DNA from: Octopus sinensis | Lineage: Eukaryota | Direction: 5' to 3' | NCBI RefSeq assembly: GCF_006345805.1 | Contig: NC_043000.1 | Location: 7,316,001 to 7,380,000 of the forward strand | Length of the DNA stretch: 64,000 nt | Part shown: positions 13,250 to 25,544 of the stretch, one piece after another | Numbering within the stretch: the stretch's first letter is position 1 | How the letters are laid out: each line of letters starts with the position of its first letter | The notes under the pieces: generated by a model | Databases searched by the model: none | What the model was told of the DNA's origin: nothing | Seen by the model: only the letters and a program-made list of their open reading frames with translations | Program-made: the position numbers and the translations under genes

Positions 13250-14281
13250 ATGATTTAATATGTTGCATGCAAGAAATAAGGTGGAGAGGAGGATCAGCTA
13301 GGTTCCTCACAGGCAAGGAACGCAGGTACAAGATTTTCTGGGCAGGGAACACTGACGGGTTGGTGGCGTGGGTATACTTATCGCTGAGAAATGGGTAGAT
13401 AAAGTAATTGAGGTAATCAGAGTAAGTGACAGAATACTTAAGATTAGATTAGTGCTTCATCATAGTTTAGCAACCATTATATCAGCCTATGCTCCTCAGT
13501 TGGGGCTACCCGATGGACAGAAAGACCGATTCTATGACACTCTACTGCAGACTACCTCATTGACGAACGACAGAGACCTTATCTTTGTGGCTGGTGACTT
13601 CAATGGTCACGTTGGACGACATGCTGGGGGCTTCCATGGCGTACATGGAGGCTATGGCTATGGCTCCCGCAACGAGGAGGGAACCAGGCTGCTGGAGTTC
13701 TGCGATGCAAATAATCTTATGATTTGCAACACTAACTTCAGGAAACCTACCAGCCACCTAGTCACTTACCAATCGGGCCAACATACCAGCCAAATTGACT
13801 ACATCCTTGCAAGGCAAAGGGAGAGATGGCTGCTTATAAATGCCAAAACCTTCCCAGGTGAAGAATGTACCCCACAACATAGACTGGTAGTTAGTGACTT
13901 TAGGATCAGGACTAGGAGGACAACCAGAAGACGACAAATATGGAGAAGAAGGATCTGGAAGCTTAAAGATCCTGCAAATGGACAGAGATTTAGGGACATA
14001 TTACTTGAAGCCTCTGACGAAGTAGAAGGGGATAGAGCATCACAGGGGGTAGAAGACAGCTGGACGTTTCTAAGGGACAACCTGCTGAGAGCCACTGACC
14101 AGATCTGTGGCTGGTGCAAAGTCCCCTCTCGACCTAGAATAACGTGGTGGTGGAACAATATTGTAGACAGGGCTATTAGAGAAAAGAGACAGGCTTGGAA
14201 GGTCTGGAAAAATGGGGGTAGCAGGGAATTGTATCAGACTGCCAAAAGAGAAGCTAGGAGACAGGTTTATTTAGCCAGAGG
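13250..14281 (+). pseudogene. RTE APE endonuclease region (frameshifts near 13358 and 14281)
   Basis: ORFs 13213-13398 and 13368-14366 join across a 1-nt deletion. Conserved APE motifs are present. Confidence 0.9.
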
Positions 14282-14338
14282 GAAGCAGATAAGAAAAAAT
14301 TTGCCAATGTTCTGCGCCGTGAGGACCAAAGACTGGAG

Positions 14339-16204
14339 GTGTTTCGTGTTGCAAGACAGTGTTTGAGAGAGAATCGTGATGTGGTAGGAGAGAAGTGTGT
14401 TCGCATGGAAGATGGTTCACTTGCGCTAAATGAGGATGCGAAGAGAGAGGTTTGGAGATGCCACTATGAAAGGTTGCTGAATGAAGAAAATGAATGGGAT
14501 AAAGAGAGTCTGCCGAATGTTGACCCAACAGAGGGACCAGCTATCCGAGTTGATAGTTCTGTGGTAGCTAAGGCAATTAGAAGCATGAAGACAGGGAAAG
14601 CCCCAGGCCCATCAGGAATCACTGCAGAGATGCTCAAAATGTCTGGTAGTGTCGGCTATAGCCTAGTCACCCATATAGTTAATCAGGTGATACACAAAGG
14701 GGTCATACCCAATGACTGGTGTAGCAGTATAATAGTCAACTGCTACAAAGGTAAAGGTGATGCCCTAGATACAAATAACTACAGAGGTATCAAGCTGTTG
14801 GACCAGGTGATGAAGGTTACGGAGAGGGTCATAGCCCAACTAATTAGAGAGAGAGTTAGTTTAGATGAGATGCAGTTTGGGTTTGTGCCAGGGAAAAGTA
14901 CTACTGATGCTATATTCCTGGTAAGGCAGCTGCAGGAGAAATACCTAGCCAAAGATAAGCCCCTGTACCTGGCTTTTGTTGACATGGAGAAAGCCTTCGA
15001 CAGGGTCCCCCGATCCCTTATCTGGTGGGCAATGAGAAAACTAGGGATAGATGAATGGTTAGTGAGAGCTGTGCGGGCCATGTATAGGGACGCCGCTAGT
15101 AGGGTGAGGGTTGGAAATGAGTACAGTGAAGAATTCCGGGTAGAGGTAGGGGTCCACCAAGGCTCAGTACTCAGCCCCCTCCTATTTATCATAGTCCTCC
15201 AGGCAATAACGGAGGAATTCAAGACAGGATGCCCTTGGGAGCTCCTCTATGCTGATGACCTTGCTCTAATTGCTGAGTCGCTATCAGAACTGGAGGAGAA
15301 GTTTCAGGTGTGGAAACAAGGATTAGAATCGAAGGGCCTCAGAGTCAATCTAGCTAAAACTAAAGTCGTAATCAGTAGGAAGGTAGACAAATCACAAACA
15401 CCTTCAGGTAGATGGCCCTGCTCGATCTGTAGAAAAGGTGTAGGTAGAAACTCTATAAGATGCACCAAGTGTAAGCTATGGACACATAAGAGATGCAGCA
15501 ATGTCAAAGGAAGGCTAACTAGGAAGATGGTTTTTGTATGTGGCAGATGCTCAGGAACAATAAACACTGAAAATGCTCTGAGACCAACTTCCGTCACTTT
15601 CCAGGGAGAAAAACTAGAAATAGTTGATAGTTTCCGTTACCTAGGTGACCAAGTCAGCAGCGGGGGTGGGTGTGCTGAAAGTGTAACTGCTAGAGTAAGA
15701 ATAGCTTGGGCAAAGTTCAGAGAGCTCTTACCTCTGCTGGTGACAAAAGGCCTCTCGCACAGAGTGAAAGGCAGACTGTATGATGCGTGTGTACGAACAG
15801 CCATGCTACATGGCAGTGAAACATGGGCCGTGACTGCTGAGGATATGCGTAAGCTCGCTAGAAATGAAGCCAGTATGCTCCGATGGATGTGTAATGCCGG
15901 TACTCACACTCGGCAGAGTGTAAGTACCTTGAGAGAAAAGCTGGACCTAAGAAGCATCAGTTGTGGTGTGCAAGAGAGACGTTTGCGCTGGTATGGTCAT
16001 GTGGCGAGAATGGATGAAGATAGTTGTGTGAAAAAGTGCCACACCCTAGCGGTTGAGGGAACCTGTGGAAGAGGCAGACCCAGGAAAACCTGGGACGAGG
16101 TGGTGAAGCACGACCTTCGAACTTTAGGTCTCACTGAGGAAATGACTAGAGACCGAGACCTCTGGAAGTGTGCTGTGCGCGAGAAGACCCGGCAGGACAA
16201 GTGA
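14339..16204 (+). CDS. RTE reverse transcriptase ORF with embedded C4HC3 zinc finger
   Basis: 621-aa uninterrupted ORF with RT motifs including YADD. CSIC-x10-CTKC-x4-H-x2-C-x14-CGRC at 15419-15550. Confidence 0.92.
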   Translation: MFRVARQCLRENRDVVGEKCVRMEDGSLALNEDAKREVWRCHYERLLNEENEWDKESLPNVDPTEGPAIRVDSSVVAKAIRSMKTGKAPGPSGITAEMLKMSGSVGYSLVTHIVNQVIHKGVIPNDWCSSIIVNCYKGKGDALDTNNYRGIKLLDQVMKVTERVIAQLIRERVSLDEMQFGFVPGKSTTDAIFLVRQLQEKYLAKDKPLYLAFVDMEKAFDRVPRSLIWWAMRKLGIDEWLVRAVRAMYRDAASRVRVGNEYSEEFRVEVGVHQGSVLSPLLFIIVLQAITEEFKTGCPWELLYADDLALIAESLSELEEKFQVWKQGLESKGLRVNLAKTKVVISRKVDKSQTPSGRWPCSICRKGVGRNSIRCTKCKLWTHKRCSNVKGRLTRKMVFVCGRCSGTINTENALRPTSVTFQGEKLEIVDSFRYLGDQVSSGGGCAESVTARVRIAWAKFRELLPLLVTKGLSHRVKGRLYDACVRTAMLHGSETWAVTAEDMRKLARNEASMLRWMCNAGTHTRQSVSTLREKLDLRSISCGVQERRLRWYGHVARMDEDSCVKKCHTLAVEGTCGRGRPRKTWDEVVKHDLRTLGLTEEMTRDRDLWKCAVREKTRQDK

Positions 16205-18039
16205 GTCCACAACCCGTGGCCTTCTACATGGGATGGAGCCAGCGTACGTATGCATACCTTCCCTTCTTGGGACACAAAACTCTACTTGTGAAGACGTGTT
16301 GAGGCAAGTGAGGATCAGAATCGAAATCGATCAATGGAAATTGCGGATGTGCTACCAGTGCCGGTGGCATGTCGAAACTCTGCTTGTGAAGACCCATTGA
16401 GGCAAGTGAGGATCAGAATCGAAATCGATCAATGGAAATCGATCAATGGAAATTGCAGATGTGTTACCAGTGCCGGTGGCATGTAAGAGAACTTTCCGTT
16501 TCGCGACCGTTGCCAGCACCGCCCCGTTTCGTGTCCGTTGCCAGCCTCGCCTGGCCCTCGTGCCGGTGGCACATAAAAAGCACCATCCGTTCGTGGCCGT
16601 TTGCCAGCTCTGTCTGGCACCAGTGCGGGTGGCACGTAAAAAGCACCCACTACACTCACGGAGTGGTTGGCGTTAGGAAGGGCATCCAGCCGTAGAAACA
16701 CTGCCAGATTTGACTGGGCCTGATGAAGCCTTCTGGCTTCACAGACCCCAGTAGAACCGTCCAACCCATGCTAGCATGGAAAACGGACGCTAAATGATGA
16801 TGATGATGATGATTCTTTCTTCACTTCTTCAGCATGTATAGGGAACGCTATGTTTTACCCATGAGGTCAAAACTAGATTAAGACTTGTGTTGACTTGTTA
16901 TGTAGCAGGAAGTGAAAACAATATTACACATGGTTCCCTTTAGTTAGGGAGATAACCATCCCCTCACAGCATGAAGTGGGATTAGAAATTTGAATTTTAA
17001 GTTAAGGATTTTATGAGATAAATTATGCATAGAATTCACATATTTAATGTTTTCCTCTCTCTCTCTCTCTCTCTCTTGTTTACTTATGAAGTTCTTACAG
17101 TTTCTAGCTGGTAGTAATCCTGTACAGCACTATTTCCTTCTTTTTAGAAACCATCAGCATGACATAACCTGTAACTTACTTATTAGACATTTTATGAAGT
17201 GAGACATTACACTAAAGATGAAATTCATGGAATGTGTTTTTATTTTACTTCACAGAATGTTTGTACTTTCAGAATTAAGAGAAAAGAGAGCACCTTCTTA
17301 TTGTTTACATAAATGATAAAAGCTGTTTCCAGGAGAATTCTAGCTTGAGAAATTATCTTGTAATAACCAATAATTTTAACATAAGCTACAAACAATTCCA
17401 TAAGCCTTTTTTGCTATAAATTCTTTGAGGTGAAGACAGTTGTTTCCAGCTGCTATTTCTCACTGGTAATCCTCAGCATATATACTTGAATGGACTATTA
17501 ATAAACACTCTATATTAGTAACTTTATATTTATTTCTAGTTTATAACATTAAATTAATAACTAAAATGAAGTAAGGAAGCAGCTGTTGTCACTCTACATC
17601 AAGTTGAACTCATGAAGCAGATTTTTTTCCGCTCTCTCTCTCTCTCAATCATTAGTCCAATAGTTTATAAAACCTTTTATTTTTAAACGCTATGATAATG
17701 CATTGATGATGATGACTGTATGAATGAATAAATGAATTAATTAATTATTACTTACAAACCTGCTGTAATCAGTTAATACTTTTGGAAGAACTTTATTTCA
17801 ATATTAAGAATTGTTGCAGAAATGAAACATCTCCAGGTTTTCTCATAATGGAAGGTAAATCTTCCAGCCAAAACTTCAAAGTCACTGTCAACAACATTCT
17901 TTGTTTACAAATAATGTAAGTTGTATTCCACAAAAGTATAGAGTAACCCATCAGATTAATGTAAGATTGTTTTTATTAAAGTGAACATAAAAACAAACAT
18001 ATATATGAATACACGCACACACACACACACACGCCTTTT

Positions 18040-18423
18040 ATCTTTTACTTGTTTCAATCATTAGACTGTGGCTATGCTGGGGCACAGCCTGGAAAAATTT
18101 TTAGTCAATGAATCGGCCCTAGTACTTTTTTTTTAAAAAAAGCCTGGTACTTAATCTATCAGTCTCTTTTGCAAAACTGCTAAGGTATGGGGTATAAACA
18201 CACCAGCACTGGTTGTCAAGCAATGGTGGGGGACAAACAGATACAAAGACACAGACACACAACGAACTTCTTTCAGTTTCCGCCTACCAAATCCACGCAC
18301 TAGGCTTTGATTAGCTCAAGGTTACAGCATGAGACACTTGGTCATGGTGTCGCACAGTGAGACCGAACCTAGAGCCATGTGGTTAGGAAGCAAGCTTTTT
18401 ACCTCACAGCCACACCTGTGCCT
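18040..18423 (-). mobile_element. SINE family A (diverged)
   Basis: Reverse complement of family A. Confidence 0.85.
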
Positions 18424-19757
18424 ATAAATATTTATATATATGAATGAGAAAGGTTGGGTAACAGATGGAGTTGAAACAGAATTATGTTCTCGTTGAATGC
18501 AGTGAGTTGTTAAGATATAGACTGTGACTCACGCTATTATTGCAGTAATGTTTAAATGTTGAGCCAGCTAATAGGATCAGAGTATTTGCTGTAATATCAT
18601 TTAAAAGTATGTTGGAGAGACTAGAGTTAGTTGATGGCAGACAATGAAAAAATTTCCCAAGTGTGGAATGATATAGAATTACAAAGGAAAGTTTTGGGTT
18701 TTGATAAGTGTACTGAAAAGTCATGGCATTATAATATCACTCCTTAGTGAAATATGAGTTTCATGAATGCATGAGAGGCAGTTGAATTTGAGATTTGAAT
18801 AAATTCTGTAAGGATAGAAGTGTGTTTGTGCACATGTATGAGTGTTTGTATATTTATATTCTTCCTTCTGCTTGTGATGCCGGAAACACCTTGTTGACTC
18901 TAGATTTGTGTGTGTGTGTATTTTCCATTTAGTTTCCCATGCTTGCATGTGTGGGAGTTTTCATTTGTTGGTGTAGACTGTTTTTACAGCTGGATGCTGC
19001 TTCCATCACTAACCACTCAACGGTGCAGTTGGGACTGGATCATCATAAGGGTTTTATATCAGTTCTTGTTTCTCAGGCTAACTGGAGCATGTAATTCAGA
19101 CGTGCCATGTACATAACCATTTACATTTATTGGCGTATTTAAAGCATGGAGAATTAAAAATCTTGGTTATAAATATTTTAACTTACCTAGTGTGAGTGCA
19201 AGTGTAATATTTTTGAAATAGTTTTCTAAAAATTCTATATTCTCATGCAGTAAACAGTATAATCTAGTTGTTGCTTAGTCCCAGATCACCAATAATCATA
19301 CTATCTTTTTTATCAGTCATAGTGTATCTCTAACTGCAGTATCTAATGGACAGCTCTTCTTCCTTTTACTTTGGAGAAGTATAACTTAACAGCTTTGTTA
19401 TTTTTCTGTTGAAATACTCTACCTTTGTTTCAGTTAAATTTGAAAATAATGAAGAATTTAGAGAAGCAATTCTGTCATGATTAAGCTGGAATATAGTATG
19501 TAAACTAATACGAAATTTTGATGGCAGGTTTGAATTGAGATCACTTTAAAACAGGAAGTTTGTATCGGGACCATGGACAGTCTCAGGTAGGTTGGTATCA
19601 AAAAGTTTAGAGCGAGTTTTCTTAAAGTGGGTTTTGTGAAAAAATTCCAGATTTACATAAGATGTATCTTTTCATAGAACTCAATAAAATATTTTAAATA
19701 AGTAAATGCTTTTCATCATTCTCAAAATAGTTATTTTTAAAAAAACATTTTAACATA

Positions 19758-20030
19758 GGTACAGCCATGGCTGTGTGGTAAGAAGCTTGCTTCCCAACCA
19801 CATGGTCCCAGGTTCACTCCCACTTTGTCTTCTAGTGTGTGTGTGTCCGTCCGTCCGTCCCCGTCTGTGTTCACCATCACTTGACAACTGGTGTTGGTGT
19901 GTTTACATCCCTGTAACTTAGCAGTTTGGCAAAATAAGACCAATAGAATAAGTACCAGGCTTTAAAAAAATGAAGCTCTGTTTTTGATTTGTTTGACTAA
20001 AAACCCTTCAAGGTGGTACCCCAGCATGGC
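19758..20030 (+). mobile_element. SINE family A (internally deleted)
   Basis: Head and 3' half of family A. Confidence 0.8.
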
Positions 20031-20461
20031 CTCTCCCTAAAATAACTTTTCTTTCATTTAACATTTTATTAAAATTAGTGTGTGTGGTGTTGTCTGTAAA
20101 CTATAAGTATGGATTCTGCAATTTTTAGAGCATTGTTTATCAGGCTTTGTACCCAAATAAGTCTGAAAATTGCTGAGATAAAAAGGAGGTATTTGGTTGT
20201 TTTTTCTAACAGATTGAGTGACAAAGTAGGGGTTTCCTTGGTGAGTTGTGTGTCACTTCTTTGAGAAGTACAATGGCAACTGTGCTTCACAAGTTAGACT
20301 AGATTTGTACTGGAACACATCCGTTACATACACAGATGTGTCTTATACTTGCTGGGGAAAAAAAAAACACGAATGCAATGTTTGTTGTTGTCTAAGATCC
20401 CCCCCCCCACTCAAACACACTTCAAAACATTTATTTCTTTTCTTTCTTTTTTTTCTTTTTT

Positions 20462-20873
20462 TCTTTTACTTGTTTCAGTCATTTGACTGCGGCCATGCTG
20501 GAGCACCGCCTTTAGTCGAGCAAATCGACCCCGGGACTATTCTTTTGTAAGCCCAGTACTTATTCTATCGGTCTCTTTTGCCGAACCGCTAAGTGACGGG
20601 GACATAAACACACCAGCATCAGTTGTCAAGCAATGCTAGGGGGACAAACACAGACACACTAACACATACACACACATACATACATATATATATATATATA
20701 TACATATATACGACAGGCTTCTTTCAGTTTCCGTCTACCAAATCCACTCACAAGGCATTGGTCGGCCCGAGGCTATAGCAGAAGACACTTGCCCAAGATG
20801 CCACGCAGTGGGACTCAACCCGGAACCATGTGGTTGGTAAACAAGCTACTTACCACACAGCCACTCTGCGCCT
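20462..20873 (-). mobile_element. SINE family A
   Basis: Reverse complement of family A. Confidence 0.88.
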
Positions 20874-21625
20874 ATTTAGCTTTTTGAAGTTATGTGCTTT
20901 GTTTGGGAGCACAACACCGATTTCTATAGTAACACACATAGACACACATGTATGTAATAAAACCTATGCACTACCTTACTGTTATCATGGCACTTTATGA
21001 TCAGTCTACTTGTATTTTATCTAAATTTGGTTAAGCTGATTGTTAGTTTCTTCCTTGTTGAAACAATGTATAAAATTGTTAGCTTTTTAAAAATATTTAA
21101 GAAAACACATGAGCTTACATGGTTTTACATAAGAAAATGTTAGTCCATGCTAAGCGAGGCGTTTTTTCTTTCTTTTGATGCATATTTGTACAACTTGTTT
21201 CAACATTCTACAGCTACTAGTCTTTCTAGCATGAATTTGTAATGGTACCTATTGGTAGGTTAGCTGACTGAACATCGTAAGTGCAATTGTGTAGACAGAA
21301 ACTATGATATATAATGTTAATGTCTAGATTTCCATGCTTGCATGGAATTTGTTGAGGTGGATTTTCTATGACCAGATGCCTGTTCTGTCATCAATCCTCC
21401 CCTGCTTCCAAGTAAGGTAATATTTGCCCATGGTCAGACATGTTTTCGGAGAATACTGGAAATGAAGGGCACCTTGCGTTGTTAGGACATTTGTTTTGAT
21501 ATCAAATACAGAGAAAGTAATGTGTGTGTGTGTGTGTGTGTGCGTGCACCCCCCCCAGGTATGTTGCCTGTTTACCCCTTGAAGAGCCCTCCTTCATCCA
21601 TGGTCACCTTTACATTGGATGTTCT

Positions 21626-21852
21626 CATCATCATCATCGTTTAGCGTCCGTTTTCCATGCTAGCATGGGTTGGACGGTTCTACTGGGGTCTGTGAAGCCA
21701 GAAGGCTTCATCAGGCCCAGTCAGATCTGGCAGTGTTTCTACGGCTGGATGTCCTTCATAATGCCAAATGCCCTTCCTAACGCCATGTCACCTTCCTAAC
21801 GCCATGTCCTTCCTAATGCCATGCCCTTCCTAACGCCATGCCCTTCCTAACG
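21626..21852 (-). mobile_element. RTE 3' fragment ending in a 17-bp tandem repeat
   Basis: Antisense RTE tail, then about 5 copies of ATGCCCTTCCTAACGCC. Confidence 0.85.
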
Positions 21853-23240
21853 TTCTAGAGTAGGAAATAAAAAAGAGAATATTGACATCTATGCACTGAA
21901 TTGAAAAGCCAAAATATTCATTTATTCCGTCATCATAAATTGCCCCAAATAATGCAGAAATCCATCCTAGTCAAGAAGCCTATCTGTTGGGGGGAGACAT
22001 GGTCTGACATGGAATATAGAATAAATGAAATAAAGGCATTCTATTGTGAAAATGACCTGGCAATGATGGACTACTCAGCTAGTATATAATACACATACAC
22101 ACACGTGTGTGTGTAATAAGTATGGCAGACTGCTTTCAGTTTCCATCCACCAAATCCACTCACAAGGTTTTGGCTGGCCTGAGACTATCATAGTAGACAC
22201 TTGTCCCAGGTGCCAAACAGTGACTGGATCCAGAACAATATGGTTGGGAAGCATATGTGTGTGAAAGAGGTGTGTATGTATATATCTATCTACTGCCATT
22301 GTATTGGCAACAGCTCACGCCATCTGGTGTTTTCTGTCCATTGATGTATTCGTTCTACATTCAGTTACAGACACTTTTGCTGTGTGAAATGCAGTAATTG
22401 AATTGTTGGATTTTGTAGCCCGCAGAGTTGCTGTTGTTCACAAGTTGTGATACAAGACAGAGATGTAAATAAGACTAGTCGTTATGTTTGAATCACTGTT
22501 GGCCCCGCAGTCTAAGCAGTATCCACTGCATAGCCTCGTTCCCCCTATCATTACTAATATCCTTTCTACTATAGGCACAAGACCTACAATTTTGGAAGAG
22601 GATGATAGTTAATTACATCAACCCTATTGCTGAAATGTTGAAAGGCAAAGTCAACCTCTGCAGAATTTGAACTCAGAATGTAAAAAATAAAGAAATACCT
22701 ATTTCTTTACTACCCACAAGAGGCTAAACACAGAGAGGACAAACAAGGACAGACAAACGGATTAAGTCGATTATATCGACTCCAGTGCGTAACTGGTACT
22801 TATTTAATCAACCCCGAAAGGATGAAAGGCAAAATCAACCTCTGCAGAATTTGAACTCAGAATGTAAAGACAGAAATAAAGAAATACCACTAAGCATTTC
22901 ACCTGGCCTGCTGATGATTCTGTCAGCTCACTGCCTTCACTCTTTTCTTACTAATATCAGCAACCAAGTCCAGCCCATGTTTCAGCTTTTTTCTGTCTCT
23001 AGCCTATTTTGTTTCAGATGTTAGGTCTACTTTTCAAATCTCTCTTTTATACCTGACTTTGTATTCATTTGGCTTCCTATCTCCTTATTGGCTGATTGTA
23101 TTTTGCAATCATCTTCTTAATGTCCTGTTCTATGATTTATATTAATACAGTTGTTTCTTTTGTACATCAACCACTCAAGTTCACATTGCACATCTTTGTA
23201 TGGATTAATTTCTCCTTTCATTCTGTTTTTATTTGCTTCA

Positions 23241-23480
23241 ACCCTTTAGCACTCAGATTTACTCTGTCAAATGTAACGATTGTTTATTTAATGCTTATTT
23301 ATTCACATTGTTTTGTATTTATCATACATTATCTTGTAGCTTCAACATTTCCATGATATAATATTTATTTTTAGAATTGACATAGTAGGGAAAGTGTGAG
23401 GGTCTGGATCCGGCAGGTTTGAGCAAAAACAAGTAGAATATCTGAACTGGATATGGCTGGTTTAAATGCTAATGGGTTAC
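23241..23480. mobile_element. TTAA-type MITE copy
   Basis: ACCCTTTAGCA...AATGCTAATGGGTTA; body shared with 56809-57021. Confidence 0.75.
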
Positions 23481-23485
23481 TGTAA

Positions 23486-23590
23486 CTCTCTCTCTCTCTC
23501 TCTCTCTGTCTGTCTCTCTCTCTCTGTCTGTCTCTCTCTCTGTCTGTCTCTCTCTCTGTCTGTCTCTCTCTCTGTCTCTCTGTCTCTCTG

Positions 23591-23625
<35 letters not shown>

Positions 23626-23656
23626 GTCTGTCTCTCTCTCTGTCTATCTCTGTCTC
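23486..23656. repeat. (CT)n/(CTGT)n microsatellite
   Basis: Direct reading. Confidence 0.95.
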
Positions 23657-25544
23657 ACACGTGCACACACATATTCATTCATTCTACTTTTTACATATTG
23701 TTTTAATCCTTGTACATATGGACCCCACTTATAGAAACATGTTATTACTGGTTCCACTCCTAATACTAACCAGATCTTTCATTTAGCAAGCCTTGTCCAG
23801 CAAACCATTGAATTAGTCCATGAGTATTAGTACTTAGCTGTTCACACTGTTATTCAAACCACTTTATGGCAGTTGATTTGTTTCCAGCTCTTTTAATAAC
23901 CTACTTACACAGACTACTCCAGTCTCATTTAATGGGCTTAACCATTTACATTATGCCTTATGTTAGATATTTAGGCCTAAGAATAAAAATAAGGGGTCTT
24001 AATGGATATCTATCAGAATATTTCTTCATTAATCCATAAGCATTCAGATTACTCTTTCAAATATAAGACTTATTTATTCACATAGTTTTGAATTGATCTT
24101 GTAGCTATGAGATTTTGATAAGGAAAGTGTTAATTTTCAGAATGATATTGTAAGGTTGGTGTGAAAGGCCAGATCTGGCCAGTTTAAATGCTAAAGGGTT
24201 GAATTACTATTTTTAATTTTAATCATGTAATAGATAACTCAACATTTTTATGAAATCATAGTCAAATAGTCCACTTGGCAATTTGTATTTGATCTTTCTG
24301 CATGGAATGGTAAACACGTGTCTTCTAGCATAGCTTCAGGTTACCTCAAGCCTTGTTAGACAAATACAGTTGTTGGATATTTAGTAGAGTGGGAATTAGA
24401 CCTGATCTAATCCCCTGGTGAAATACTTGCTTTTGCATGTCTTCAGTGGAATCTCTTTGTTGTTTGGCCTAATTGTTTCTGGTCTCTGAGAATGAAGACT
24501 ATGGAGTTCATACACAAAATCTTTAATCCAGACTCCTCAGTTTATGGTGACCCTTTATTTGAAATTAGACTAAGCCTGTACTTCACCAAACATAGAACTT
24601 TTTTCTTTTTAGTATCTTACCATACAAAAGTCTCTATGTAAAAGGCCACCGTTTTGCCCTAGTGTTTCTTTTTGAATATTTATTAAAGAAATTAGAAAAC
24701 TCAGTAATAGTAAACATAGGGTAAAAACTTGAAAAAATTTTAAGATATTAAACAAGCAAAAAAAAAAAAAAGCTATGTTTTTATCAAAAGGATATAAAAG
24801 AAATAAATGATCAGAATTAAATAAAAAAAAAAAATGCTGACTAGTTAAAAAATCTGAAGTATATGCTACTCAAAGAATTTGATTAAAAGTAAAAATATTG
24901 AACAACTTTACAATGATATTAAAGCATTGTTTGAATAACAAATCCAAGTGAATGGAACAAGGAAGATTACATTAGAAGACTACATTATAGTGGAACAAGG
25001 AAGATTACATATTTTGTAAGAGATTGAAAATTTTGTCCTTAAAACATTTATTATAAAGAAACAGTGCATCTACAGAATGGAGTCTAAAATCAGAAATTCA
25101 AATTCAAAATTTATTAGCATAGTATTCTTAGAAACAATTGCTTCTGCTCTGCCCTCCTTCATAGAAGTCCTTAAACTTGATTTGATTATTCTCAGAGTAG
25201 GAAAACAGTCTTCCATTACTGACTTGGACAGATGGCATTACTGTCATTGTTTAAGTTACATTATTAATAGCCTGTTGATATGGAGGAGTGACTTATTCTA
25301 TTGTTGGTCAGTTTTGATGAATGATCATTCTTTTCTAATTTAATCTATTAAAAAACAAAAGAGTTACTGAAATATTTTTTCTATTTGAACAGATTCTGCT
25401 TGTTTTTCCACTTTTAAAAATGACATTGCTTTACTTTTATTTGAATGCCCCATTCATTCCAAGTCTCATTGCCTGGCAATTTGGGCAAGTGCCTTCTACT
25501 ATAGCTCCAGCCTGATCAAGGTCTTGTCAGTAGATTTAGTAGAT

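Larger units (their letters stand above)
13250..16813 (+). mobile_element. RTE-clade LINE, slightly 5'-truncated, near-intact, with 3' UTR and (GAT)n tail
   Basis: APE endonuclease motifs (CMQE, SAYAPQ, AGDFNGHVG, SQIDYIL, PQHRLV) and RT motifs (NYRGIKLL, QFGF, FVDMEKAFDRV, GVHQGSVLSP, YADD). RTE-type C-terminus LRWYGHVARM...RGRPRKTW. Stop at 16204; (GAT)n tail to about 16813. Confidence 0.96.

Noticed and set aside
17820-17854. Possible small exon (ttgcag...gtaaat)
   Set aside because: Weak pyrimidine tract and no similarity to HSF.
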